In this document: piece after piece, positions 49,237 through 58,294 of the stretch
How the letters are laid out: every line of letters begins with the position of its first letter
Numbering within the stretch: the stretch's first letter is position 1
Origin: Chitinophaga pinensis
GTDB taxonomy: Bacteria; Bacteroidota; Bacteroidia; Chitinophagales; Chitinophagaceae
Assembly: GCA_943333125.1 (NCBI GenBank)
Contig: CALQSB010000002.1
Location: 44,295 to 108,294 of the forward strand
Reading direction: 5' to 3'
DNA: 64,000 nt
Made by a program: the position numbers and the translations under genes
Notes under the pieces: model-generated
What the model was told of the DNA's origin: nothing
What the model saw: the letters and a program-made list of their open reading frames with translations, nothing else
Databases searched by the model: none

Positions 49237-49644
49237 ATGTACACATCCCAAACTCAAATACGAATTCATTATGCCCTTACCGATCAGATGGGGGTGGTTT
49301 ATCATGGTCATTACGCACAGTTTTATGAGGTAGGGAGAACCGAATCTATTCGCGAACTGGGATTTACTTATAAGGATATCGAGGCTATGGGAATCATTAT
49401 GCCTGTAGTAGACATTCATTTGAAATTTCTGCATCCTGCAAAATATGATGATTTGATTACCGTGAAAACTACTTTAAAAGAAATGCCTGTGCATCACAAA
49501 ATTGTTTTTCATGGTGAAATATACAATGAAGATAATCAGTTACTGAGCTTGGGAGATATTACACTGTATTTCATGGAAGCAAAAAGCATGAAGCGTTGCC
49601 CCATGCCTAATGTATTAATTGAAAAATTGTCGGAATATTATTGA
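49237..49644 (+). CDS. YbgC/FadM-family acyl-CoA thioesterase (hotdog fold)
   Basis: TDQMGVVYHGHYAQFYEVGR, PAKYDD.I.V.T. Confidence 0.92.
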   Translation: MYTSQTQIRIHYALTDQMGVVYHGHYAQFYEVGRTESIRELGFTYKDIEAMGIIMPVVDIHLKFLHPAKYDDLITVKTTLKEMPVHHKIVFHGEIYNEDNQLLSLGDITLYFMEAKSMKRCPMPNVLIEKLSEYY

Positions 49645-49646
49645 TG

Positions 49647-50054
49647 TTATTTACCTGCAATGCCATCGACACTGGCTTTACCCGGGCCTAACAGTAAAAT
49701 CGAAATAAATCCACACAGAAACAAAGCTGCGCTGCTGCCATTTCCAAAGAAGTCCCAGTTATGCGCTTTCCCTAATGCAACGGCCATACAAATAATCAAG
49801 GGTACTGTTGCCAGTCTGGTAAACAATCCAAGCACCACAAACATAGCACAAAAAAATTCGGCAAAAACCACCAACAATAGAGAAGCAGTACTGCCGATGC
49901 CCATAAAATTGATAAAATGTGATTTCATTTCGGCAAACTTAACCAGCTTATCGTAGCCATGATGCATCATCAAAATTCCAAATCCAATTCGTAATAAAAA
50001 AGCAGCAGAATTAAATGCCGAATCTGGACAATTGATAGAAAGTAGTTTTTTCAT
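49647..50054 (-). CDS. DoxX-family membrane protein
   Basis: LLRIGFG.LMMHHG..KL, AE..C...LGLFTR, GPGKASVD. Confidence 0.92.
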   Translation of the reverse strand: MKKLLSINCPDSAFNSAAFLLRIGFGILMMHHGYDKLVKFAEMKSHFINFMGIGSTASLLLVVFAEFFCAMFVVLGLFTRLATVPLIICMAVALGKAHNWDFFGNGSSAALFLCGFISILLLGPGKASVDGIAGK

Positions 50055-50229
50055 TGTGTTTATTTGAGGTTTGTGGAAATACTTTTTTTATGTTTCGATT
50101 TTAAAATTAAGGGTTTTTCTTTTATCATACTGTTAACAGCAAAATATCGATAGATTTCCTTTCTTACATCCCAATTTAAAATCAACTTTTTTAGTTGTAA
50201 AAATAAAGCATAACATAAACCTATTCCTA

Positions 50230-50237
50230 TAACTTTG
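50230..50237 (+). promoter_or_regulatory. Sigma-A -7 box (TAACTTTG) for the TPR operon
   Basis: Exact TAnnTTTG 26 nt upstream of the ATG at 50264. Confidence 0.7.
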
Positions 50238-50263
50238 TACCACTAATTGAAATCAATTCAAAA

Positions 50264-53200
50264 ATGAGTAATCAAAAACTACTGCTTGGTTTTTTCTCTG
50301 TTCTTTTTTCATCTTTAATTTTCGCTCAGCCCACACATATTGTAATTGACAAAGAAAAGAAATTCAAACAGGCTCAGGATTTTTTTATAAATGACCAGAT
50401 CTCTTTGGCCTATCCCTTGTTTAAAGAATTGAAATCCGAATATCCGGAGGTTACTCAAAGCAATCATACTTACCTCAATGACGATATCAGTTTTTATTAC
50501 ATCATCTGCGAATTGAGTTTGTTGCAGCCTATTGGTGCAGATGATGCAACAAATTATATTGATGAGATTAATAATGAACCCCGAAAAAGACAGATGTGTT
50601 TTTATCTCGGACATTATTATTATCTGCAACAGGACTTTCCTAAGGCTGTTGAATATTATGAACAAACTCGTTATGTAAATCTTACCAACGATCAGATAGG
50701 AGATGCAAAATTCGAAATGGCATATTCTTTATTTAATGAAAAGAAATTCCAGAAATCACTGCCGCTATTTAATGAAATCCATCAGATAAAAACAAGTAAG
50801 TATTTTATTCCGGCTAATTATTATTACGGGTTTATTTCTTATTACCACAATGACTATCCTGAGGCGTTATCGGCTTTTAGAATAGTAGAAACTCATCCCG
50901 ATTACAATGCGGTGGTTCCTTATTATGTGGCTGAAATACTTTATGCCCAAGGGAAAAAACTGGAAGCCCTAAAATATGGCGACAGTGTAATTATCGCCGG
51001 AGGAGGTTCGTTTTACAAAAAAAATCTGGAGTTGCTTACCGGACAATTATATTTCGAAAAACAAGATTATAAAAAAGCATTGACCTGCTTCGAAGCTTTT
51101 GTAAATAACAACCAAAAAGTAAGCAAAGAGATTATGTATGAATTGAGTTATTGTTATTACAAAAACAACAACAGTTCAAAAGCCATTGAAGGATTTAAGC
51201 AATTGAGTAATGAAAAGGATTCCATGGGGCAGAACAGCATGTATCTACTTGGAGAATTGTATTTAAAAATAAAAGATAAAGCCAATGCAAGAACGGCATT
51301 TCAATACAGTGCTTATAACAGCAGCAATCCTACTCAACAAAAAGTGTCCCGGTTTAATTATGCAAAGTTGTCTTATGAACTCGATTATCAGGATATCGCT
51401 TTGAATGAACTAAAAAAGTTTCTGATTGATTATCCTAATTCTGAATTTGATAGCGAAGCAAAAGAAATGATGATTAGTCTTCTGGCCAATACCAATAATT
51501 TCAATGACGGGCTAGAACTTTACAAAACATTAAATCAGGCATCTCCTGAAGCTCAAAGAGTTTATGCCAGATTACTTTATGGAAAGTCTGTCCAACTCAT
51601 CAATGATCAACAACCTGCAGAGGCCGATGAATTACTTTCGAAAATTCTTACTAACAGTAATGCAGGTATCATCACAGCTTATGCTAATTTCTGGAAGGGA
51701 GAAATCGCTTATCGTCAACAGCGTTATGATGAAGCGATTCGTTATCTGACTTTATACACTGACAGTAAAGCACCCTGGCAGGGAGAAGCCAATGTGAAAA
51801 ATGCTTATTATACGATAGGTTATAGCTGGTTTCAAAAAGAACAGTATAAAAATGCATTGACTTTCTTTGAAAAAATTGCTACAGGAATAAAATCAGGAGC
51901 TACCGCTATGGAACAGGATGCCTACACTAGAGCGGCAGATTGTTATTATATGCAAAGAGATTTCACTAAAGCAAATGAATGGTACAATAATATCGTTAGC
52001 AATAATTTTCCTCAGGCTGATTATGCATTATATCAAAAGGCGATGATTGCCGGTGTGAAATCGGGTGCAGAAAAAATTAAACTGATGAATGCATTGGTTA
52101 AAACGTATCCACAAAGTCCATTGGCATTAGAGTCTCAAATGGAAATTGGATTGACCTATATCTCTGATGAGAAATTTCCTGAAGCCGTTCCATTTTTGAA
52201 TACCATTATCAATTCCAGTGAGGCAGCAGGGCTGAAACCTAAAGCGTATTTGAAATTAGGATTGGCTTATTATAATAATAATGATAATAAAAATGCACTA
52301 TCAGCATACAAACAATTAATAAAACTATATCCTCAATCGGAGGAATCTGCGGAAGCAATGGCCATTATAAAAGATATTTTCATTGAAGATGGGAAGCCTG
52401 ACGAATACATATCGTTGATGAAGGAAAATGGAATAATCATTAATGTAAATGAGGCCGACTCTTTAAGTTATATTTCTGCTTATATGAAATACGAAGCCGG
52501 TGATTGTGCAACGGCCATCAGTGGTTTTGGAAATTATATTTCTGGTCATGGTAATGGCGCTTATCTTATTGAGGCCAATTATTATAAAGCACTTTGCCAT
52601 CAGAAGCAGAAAGAATTTAATCCTGCAATTACAGGGTTTGAATATGTAAACAGTAGAGGCGTGAGCCGCTTTTTTGAAAATGCAACATTGCAATTAGCAC
52701 GCATTTATTATTTCGAAGTAAAAGACTATATCAATGCAAAGAAATACTTTGAGTCTTTGAATGGGAATGCCACAAATCCTGAGAATCAGTTGGAGGCATT
52801 GCGTGGATTAGTGCGCAGTTATTATCAGCTCAAAGATTATGTAACAGCTAATGATGCATCAAAAGCTTTGTTAAGTAAAAAAGGCATTAGTACAGATGAT
52901 AAATCGATTGCAGGTTTAGTGTTAGGAAAATCTCAGCAGGCCGCAAACGATACTATAGCCGCAATTGAATCATTTAAGTCAGTGGTGCCTATTAATAAAT
53001 CGGCATGGGGAGCGGAAGCCCGCTATGAATTGGCGGCTACTTATTTTGGATTAAATAATTATAACGTTGCCGAAAAGTATGCGATGTCGGTAATAAAAGA
53101 AACGGGGTCTTATGATCTTTGGGTTACCAAGTCCTATCTTTTGTTAGGCGATATTTTTATGAAACAAAAAGATTATTTCAATGCAAAAGCAACGTATGAA

Positions 53201-53305
53201 AGTGTAGCCAAAAATGCTTCCATTACAGAGTTGCAATTAGAAGCACAACAAAAATTAGCCATTGTACTGGAAGAAGAAAAAAAATCATCCAGAATCGGTA
53301 ATTGA
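50264..53305 (+). CDS. Large periplasmic tetratricopeptide-repeat protein
   Basis: Signal peptide IFA|Q; about 20 helical TPR-like repeats (A.Y..G..YF....Y..A); 1013 aa. Confidence 0.9.
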   Translation: MSNQKLLLGFFSVLFSSLIFAQPTHIVIDKEKKFKQAQDFFINDQISLAYPLFKELKSEYPEVTQSNHTYLNDDISFYYIICELSLLQPIGADDATNYIDEINNEPRKRQMCFYLGHYYYLQQDFPKAVEYYEQTRYVNLTNDQIGDAKFEMAYSLFNEKKFQKSLPLFNEIHQIKTSKYFIPANYYYGFISYYHNDYPEALSAFRIVETHPDYNAVVPYYVAEILYAQGKKLEALKYGDSVIIAGGGSFYKKNLELLTGQLYFEKQDYKKALTCFEAFVNNNQKVSKEIMYELSYCYYKNNNSSKAIEGFKQLSNEKDSMGQNSMYLLGELYLKIKDKANARTAFQYSAYNSSNPTQQKVSRFNYAKLSYELDYQDIALNELKKFLIDYPNSEFDSEAKEMMISLLANTNNFNDGLELYKTLNQASPEAQRVYARLLYGKSVQLINDQQPAEADELLSKILTNSNAGIITAYANFWKGEIAYRQQRYDEAIRYLTLYTDSKAPWQGEANVKNAYYTIGYSWFQKEQYKNALTFFEKIATGIKSGATAMEQDAYTRAADCYYMQRDFTKANEWYNNIVSNNFPQADYALYQKAMIAGVKSGAEKIKLMNALVKTYPQSPLALESQMEIGLTYISDEKFPEAVPFLNTIINSSEAAGLKPKAYLKLGLAYYNNNDNKNALSAYKQLIKLYPQSEESAEAMAIIKDIFIEDGKPDEYISLMKENGIIINVNEADSLSYISAYMKYEAGDCATAISGFGNYISGHGNGAYLIEANYYKALCHQKQKEFNPAITGFEYVNSRGVSRFFENATLQLARIYYFEVKDYINAKKYFESLNGNATNPENQLEALRGLVRSYYQLKDYVTANDASKALLSKKGISTDDKSIAGLVLGKSQQAANDTIAAIESFKSVVPINKSAWGAEARYELAATYFGLNNYNVAEKYAMSVIKETGSYDLWVTKSYLLLGDIFMKQKDYFNAKATYESVAKNASITELQLEAQQKLAIVLEEEKKSSRIGN

Positions 53306-53313
53306 TATTCAAT

Positions 53314-55005
53314 ATGAAAATGCTCACTAAAAATAATGCTATGCGTTTCCCGTTTAAAAAGATTTTTTTAATCTGGGGATTTGTCATTTTGTGTGTAACT
53401 GCAGTAAATGCTCAAAAAGACACATCCAAACCTCAGAGTGTTACAATAATTTCGGCGTATAAGCCGGTATTAAGAAATGCAGCAAAAATGAATTTTTCGG
53501 GATCTAATCTTCTGGCTGATTCCTCGAAACATTTGATGCCTTATATAGTACCGGTTCAGAATCTGGTTTATGCTTACCAGCCAATAAACTTAAAGCCGTT
53601 GTCTGTTCAGAATGATACCCTTATCAGATTAGGAACTCGTTATTATGTAAAAGCGGGATTTGGCAACTATACAACACCTTATTTAAACGCGGCAGCTAGT
53701 TTTGGCGACGGAGAAACTACCCTCATCAATATTTACGGGAACTATATTTCTTCTAAAGGAAAAATCGCCAATCAGGATTATTCGGATCTTTCTATAAAAG
53801 GAAAAGGAAGTTATTTTCTGTCTGATCATGAAATTTATGCTTCTGCAGGGTTGAGCCGAAAGGATTACTTTTTGTATGGGTACAATCATGATTTATATAA
53901 TTACGATAAAGACCAGGTGCGTCAGCAGTTTCAAAATTTTGAAATATCTGCAGGCATCCGCAATACGGTAAAAAGAGATTTCGGAATTAATTATAACCCG
54001 AATTTCAAATTTAGCTTATTCTCCAACAAAGATTATCTGACAGAAGCAACCGTGCAAATTCAACTTCCTACAGATAAAAAAATCAATGAATGGTTTACGG
54101 TTAAAGCAAATGCTTCTTTTGATTTTACACATACGAAAACTCAAAATTTTATTCCCGTTAACTTTAACAATAATAACAATGTCATTAAGTTAAGTCCTTC
54201 GTTGTTTTACAAAACAGACTTATTGAAAATAAACGGTGGGTTTAAATTGATTTCAAATAATGGCAAATTATTATTCTTACCCGAAGTATATGGTGAGCTT
54301 GCTTTTTTAAAGGAGAAGTTTTTATTACAAGGAGGCTGGGTTGGGGACGTACAAAAAAACAATTATTTAAACCTTACCAATATCAATCCTTATATAAGTC
54401 CTTTTATTGGATCATCATTTGAGCAGTACAATACTGTTCAAACCGAATTGTACGGAGGAATCAAATCTTCAATAGGTAAACATGTTTTATTTAGTGCAAA
54501 AGCCAGTTTCATTAAATACAAGAATTTTGCATTGTTTATAAATGACACCAATTATCTGAGTGATGGAAAAAGATTCTTGGTGTCGTATGAAAAAAATATG
54601 GACAATTTTAGTTTACACGGAGACATCAGTTATATCATCAGAGATGTATTTAAATTAACGGGCGGCATCGTATTTAATGGCTATACCGGAATGAGCGATA
54701 ATGGAAGGGCTTGGAATACCGTTCCTGTAGAATGTACAGCTGCAATGCGTTGGACCCCTTACAAAAAGGTTACACTGAAGGGTGATTTTTATTTTTTTGG
54801 TGGCGGACATTATCTTGATAAAGGCAATATCTCAAGGGATTTTAATGGCGCGGCAGATTTGAGCGCAGGAATAGATTATAAGATAAATAAACAGTTTGGC
54901 GCTTTTATCAATCTAAATAATATCTTTGGAAAAAATTACGAACGCTGGCATGGTTATCCTGTATACGGATTCAATGTATTAGGAGGGCTATCCCTACAGT
55001 TCTAA
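53314..55005 (+). CDS. Outer-membrane beta-barrel protein (TonB-receptor-like barrel, no obvious large plug)
   Basis: Signal peptide VNA|Q; amphipathic strands; ends N...YE.W.GYP..GFN.LGG.S.QF with terminal Phe. Start uncertain (53302/53314/53341). Confidence 0.75.
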   Translation: MKMLTKNNAMRFPFKKIFLIWGFVILCVTAVNAQKDTSKPQSVTIISAYKPVLRNAAKMNFSGSNLLADSSKHLMPYIVPVQNLVYAYQPINLKPLSVQNDTLIRLGTRYYVKAGFGNYTTPYLNAAASFGDGETTLINIYGNYISSKGKIANQDYSDLSIKGKGSYFLSDHEIYASAGLSRKDYFLYGYNHDLYNYDKDQVRQQFQNFEISAGIRNTVKRDFGINYNPNFKFSLFSNKDYLTEATVQIQLPTDKKINEWFTVKANASFDFTHTKTQNFIPVNFNNNNNVIKLSPSLFYKTDLLKINGGFKLISNNGKLLFLPEVYGELAFLKEKFLLQGGWVGDVQKNNYLNLTNINPYISPFIGSSFEQYNTVQTELYGGIKSSIGKHVLFSAKASFIKYKNFALFINDTNYLSDGKRFLVSYEKNMDNFSLHGDISYIIRDVFKLTGGIVFNGYTGMSDNGRAWNTVPVECTAAMRWTPYKKVTLKGDFYFFGGGHYLDKGNISRDFNGAADLSAGIDYKINKQFGAFINLNNIFGKNYERWHGYPVYGFNVLGGLSLQF

Positions 55006-55020
55006 AACCAATTCACATCA

Positions 55021-55665
55021 ATGGAAACTTTGATTGAAAATTACCTGCTTAAGAACCACTATTGTCCTTTACCCAGCTTGGGAGCACTTGAGCTGAAAGA
55101 GATTAGTGCATCTGTAAGATTTGGAGAAAATATTTTGCTGCCCCCTTATCAGAAGATCAGTTTTAATACCAAAGAAAAAATTGCAGATGAGTTCATCAGT
55201 TATATCGCCTTTAAAAAAGGAATTGATGAACAGACCGCATCTCAAAAATTGATGGCGTATTGCAAAAATATTTCCACCCTCGATCATCGCAAGGAAAAAA
55301 AGATTAATCATACTGGTACATTTTATATTGATAATGACGGGAGTCTTAGTTTTAAACAACAAGAACTTCCCGAGGAATTTTTACCTACAGTGTCTTTACA
55401 AAGAGTAATTCATCCTAACAGTATTCATCGCATAAGAGTAGGAGATAGAGAACGTACTTCAGTTTTCATGAAGAGTTATTTTCAGGGGATTAAAAAAATA
55501 AAAAGAAGTACCTGGTGGATTTGGGCAGTTCTGTTAACCGCTACTGCAATTGCTTCCTGTTTTTATTATTATAAAATAAATCCACTGAACAGTTCATTGT
55601 TTGGAAATGGAACACCAGTTACGCCTTCGGCACCTCAGGTTAAAACCTATAAAGCCGTAAATTAA
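55021..55665 (+). CDS. HU/CCDC81-like domain protein with C-terminal membrane anchor
   Basis: LL....C.LP.LG....LPP...F and GTF....G...F tandem HU-like pattern; TM helix WWIWAVLLTATAIASCFYYY. Confidence 0.68.
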   Translation: METLIENYLLKNHYCPLPSLGALELKEISASVRFGENILLPPYQKISFNTKEKIADEFISYIAFKKGIDEQTASQKLMAYCKNISTLDHRKEKKINHTGTFYIDNDGSLSFKQQELPEEFLPTVSLQRVIHPNSIHRIRVGDRERTSVFMKSYFQGIKKIKRSTWWIWAVLLTATAIASCFYYYKINPLNSSLFGNGTPVTPSAPQVKTYKAVN

Positions 55666-55680
55666 ACATCACTATTTTTC

Positions 55681-56574
55681 ATGATTAATTATTCTTCCTG
55701 TCCTGTTTGCAATAGTAAAAAAATTAGTAGTGTTTTTTCGGCGATAGACTATACAGTTAGCAAGAGTAATTTTTCGATTTGGGAATGTGAAATCTGCAGT
55801 TTTAGATTTACTCAGGATGTTCCTTCTCAACATGAAATCGGACCTTATTATCAATCTGACGCTTATATTTCTCATACAGATACCAAAGAAGGTCTGGTAA
55901 ACAGATTATACCATTCCGTCAGAAATTTTACATTAAAATCAAAAAGAAAACTGGTAGAAATACAAACACAAAAATCAAGTGGTAATATGCTGGATGTCGG
56001 TTGTGGTACAGGCGCTTTTTTGAATGAAATGAAATCATCAGGCTGGACAATCACCGGATTAGAGCCAGATGAACAGGCGTCTAAAAATGCACATGAGCTT
56101 TATAACATTACTACAAAAAAACCAGATCAGCTTTTCCATCTTCCCAAAAATAATTTCGATGCAATTACCATGTGGCATGTATTAGAACACGTTCATCAGT
56201 TGCCGGAATATTTAGAAAAGCTTAAAGAGTTGCTTACCGATAATGGCGTATTATTTATTGCTGTTCCTAATTATACCTCATATGATGCATCTCATTACAA
56301 ACAATGCTGGGCTGCTTATGATGTGCCCAGGCATCTTTATCATTTTTCACCTAAAAGTATGGAGTTGTTATTGAGTACATTTGGATTGAAATTGATAACA
56401 ATAAAACCCATGTGGTTCGACAGCTTTTATGTAAGCATGCTCAGCGAACAAATTAAAAATAACAAAGGAAATATCATCAAAGCTTTTTTTATTGGAGCCC
56501 TTTCAAATCTTAATGCATTTTTCAATAGAAAGAAATGCAGCTCGGTGATTTATGTGGTGAAAAAAAAGGTTTAA
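55681..56574 (+). CDS. Class I SAM methyltransferase with N-terminal CxxC/CxxC zinc ribbon
   Basis: CPVC...CEIC; LDVGCGTG.FL; DAITMWHVLEH; AVPN..S.DA; W...DVPRHL.HF. Confidence 0.9.
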   Translation: MINYSSCPVCNSKKISSVFSAIDYTVSKSNFSIWECEICSFRFTQDVPSQHEIGPYYQSDAYISHTDTKEGLVNRLYHSVRNFTLKSKRKLVEIQTQKSSGNMLDVGCGTGAFLNEMKSSGWTITGLEPDEQASKNAHELYNITTKKPDQLFHLPKNNFDAITMWHVLEHVHQLPEYLEKLKELLTDNGVLFIAVPNYTSYDASHYKQCWAAYDVPRHLYHFSPKSMELLLSTFGLKLITIKPMWFDSFYVSMLSEQIKNNKGNIIKAFFIGALSNLNAFFNRKKCSSVIYVVKKKV

Positions 56575-56693
56575 AAGTTCAATAGGTTCAAAAGGTTTCA
56601 TTAACCTACAAATAAACTCTTTTTGAAATGCTAACTTAGGAACGACAATGTTCCAACTCATTGAACGTTTTGAACCTATTGAACCTTTTAAAC
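56569..56693. repeat. 125-bp element with ~31-bp inverted arms made of 9-bp units (GAACCTNTT); MITE/REP-like
   Basis: gtttaaaagttcaataggttcaaaaggtttca (56569-56600) is the near reverse complement of tgaacgttttgaacctattgaaccttttaaac (56662-56693). A lone arm recurs at 62822-62853. Confidence 0.75.
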
Positions 56694-56702
56694 AAATTCC
56701 AT

Positions 56703-57125
56703 ATGACCAAAACTGAACTTCTATCAGAACTTTCTCATCACACCTTCCTAACCCTACGTCCGTCTTCAATTGCTGGCATTGGCGTATTTGCGCTGATAGA
56801 TATTCCAAAAGGGCAGCGTGGATTGTTTTCAAAAGATACATCAGAATGGATTAAAATTTCCAAAGGAGAGATTGCCGCATTGCCCGAGCACAGTCGTTTT
56901 TTGGTCGAGAATTTTTGTTTGTTTGATGAAGAAAATTATTTCGTACCGGAATACGGATTTAAGATGATGGATTTGGTGGTGTATTTGAATCATGCTGATG
57001 AACCCAATATTATGTCCATCAATGAAGGCGAAGATTTTGAAACACTGAGGGAAATAAAAGCGGGAGAGGAGTTGTTTGTGGATTATGGGGAGATAGCCCC
57101 CTCGGTCCCCCAAGGGGGAAGTTGA
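56703..57125 (+). CDS. SET-domain protein (putative lysine methyltransferase)
   Basis: PS.I.GIGVFA...I.KG, YLNHADEPN (NHxxxPN), REI.AGEEL.VDY. ATG 56703 preferred because the upstream extension is repeat-derived. Confidence 0.9.
   Translation: MTKTELLSELSHHTFLTLRPSSIAGIGVFALIDIPKGQRGLFSKDTSEWIKISKGEIAALPEHSRFLVENFCLFDEENYFVPEYGFKMMDLVVYLNHADEPNIMSINEGEDFETLREIKAGEELFVDYGEIAPSVPQGGS
57096..57122 (+). repeat. REP-like family A copy overlapping the SET 3' end
   Basis: GCCCCCTCGGTCCCCCAAGGGGGAAGT; homologous to the copies at 62424-62475 and 62911-62940. Confidence 0.8.
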
Positions 57126-57140
57126 TTATGTTTTTGTTTA

Positions 57141-57228
57141 GTTTGGTGTTTGGTCGCTTCGCTTGTTTGGCGTTTTTTGTTAGATGACCTAACGCCAAAC
57201 ACCAAACACCAAACGCCAAACGCCAAAC
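57141..57228. repeat. Inverted arrays of the heptamer RCCAAAC between convergent SET and purC (possible bidirectional terminator)
   Basis: Five tandem RCCAAAC at 57194-57228; inverted GTTTGGY at 57141, 57148 and 57165. Confidence 0.8.
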
Positions 57229-57235
57229 AAAAAAG

Positions 57236-58156
57236 CTAAAACTCCAACGCTTCAACAATTCTGTCAAAAGTTTCCTCATCCGATAATCTTTCCGGAACAA
57301 ATTTTTCGCCGATTACTTTTTCATAAAGCTCGATATAACGACTGCTGATTTCATTAATCCAGGCATCGCTCATTTCCGGAACGGTTTGTCCTTCTTTGCC
57401 CATGAAATTATTTTGAATCAGCCATTCTCTTACAAATTCTTTGCTTAATTGTTTTTGTCTTTCGCCATTGGCTTGTCTTTCATCAAAACCTTCTTTAATA
57501 AAATATCTGGAAGAATCAGGAGTGTGAATTTCATCCATCAGATAAATTTCATTGCCAATTTTTCCAAATTCATATTTAGTATCCGCAAGAATTAAACCTT
57601 GTTTATCTGCGATGGCTTTTCCTCTTTCAAAAAGCTGAAGTGCATAACTGCATAAAATTTCCCATTCTGCTTTTGTGGCTATTCCATTGGCAATAATCTC
57701 TGCTTCTGAAATGTCTTCATCATGCCCTTCAGCAGCTTTTGTAGATGGAGTAATTATTGGTATTGGAAAAAAATCATTTTCTTTCATTCCATCAGGCATA
57801 GCGGCGCCGCACAAACTTCTTTTTCCTGAATGGTAGGTTCTCCACGCATGACCAGTAAGCGTTCCTCTAACCACCATTTCAATTTTAAATGGCTCGCATT
57901 TATGTCCGATGCTCACATTAGGAGCAGGTGATGTGAGCAACCAATTCGGACAAATATCGCTACAGGCATTCAGCATGTATGCGGCAATTTGATTCAATAC
58001 TTGCCCTTTGAATGGAATCAGACGTGGGAGTATTACATCAAATGCAGATATCCGGTCACTGGCAATCATCACCATCCATTTGTCTCGAATGGTATAAACA
58101 TCTCTGACCTTTCCTTGATAATAATGAGTTTGATTGGGAAAATTAAACTGATGCAT
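57236..58156 (-). CDS. purC: SAICAR synthetase
   Basis: [64 protein letters not shown]. Confidence 0.97.
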   Translation of the reverse strand: MHQFNFPNQTHYYQGKVRDVYTIRDKWMVMIASDRISAFDVILPRLIPFKGQVLNQIAAYMLNACSDICPNWLLTSPAPNVSIGHKCEPFKIEMVVRGTLTGHAWRTYHSGKRSLCGAAMPDGMKENDFFPIPIITPSTKAAEGHDEDISEAEIIANGIATKAEWEILCSYALQLFERGKAIADKQGLILADTKYEFGKIGNEIYLMDEIHTPDSSRYFIKEGFDERQANGERQKQLSKEFVREWLIQNNFMGKEGQTVPEMSDAWINEISSRYIELYEKVIGEKFVPERLSDEETFDRIVEALEF

Positions 58157-58160
58157 AACG

Positions 58161-58168
58161 TAAAGTTA
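58161..58168 (-). promoter_or_regulatory. Variant -7 box (TAACTTTA) for purC
   Basis: One mismatch to TAnnTTTG, 4 nt upstream of the ATG (same spacing as mtaB and cinA). Confidence 0.55.
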
Positions 58169-58294
58169 TAGTACTGATTTAGTTATGTGCTTATTTATTT
58201 ATGATAAGATTTCAACAACTGTTAAAAATAAAATTTCGGTAACAAGACTACAATCCTTATTTTGCCTGATATTAAAAAACCAAAAAAATCATTT

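Noticed and set aside
56661-56702. N-terminal extension of the SET ORF (MNVLNLLNLLNKFH)
   Set aside because: Derived from the repeat arm; ATG 56703 gives a normal SET start.
57141-57228. Short repeats here and at 62.4-62.9 kb as a CRISPR array
   Set aside because: No constant 25-45 bp repeat with unique equal-length spacers, and no cas genes.
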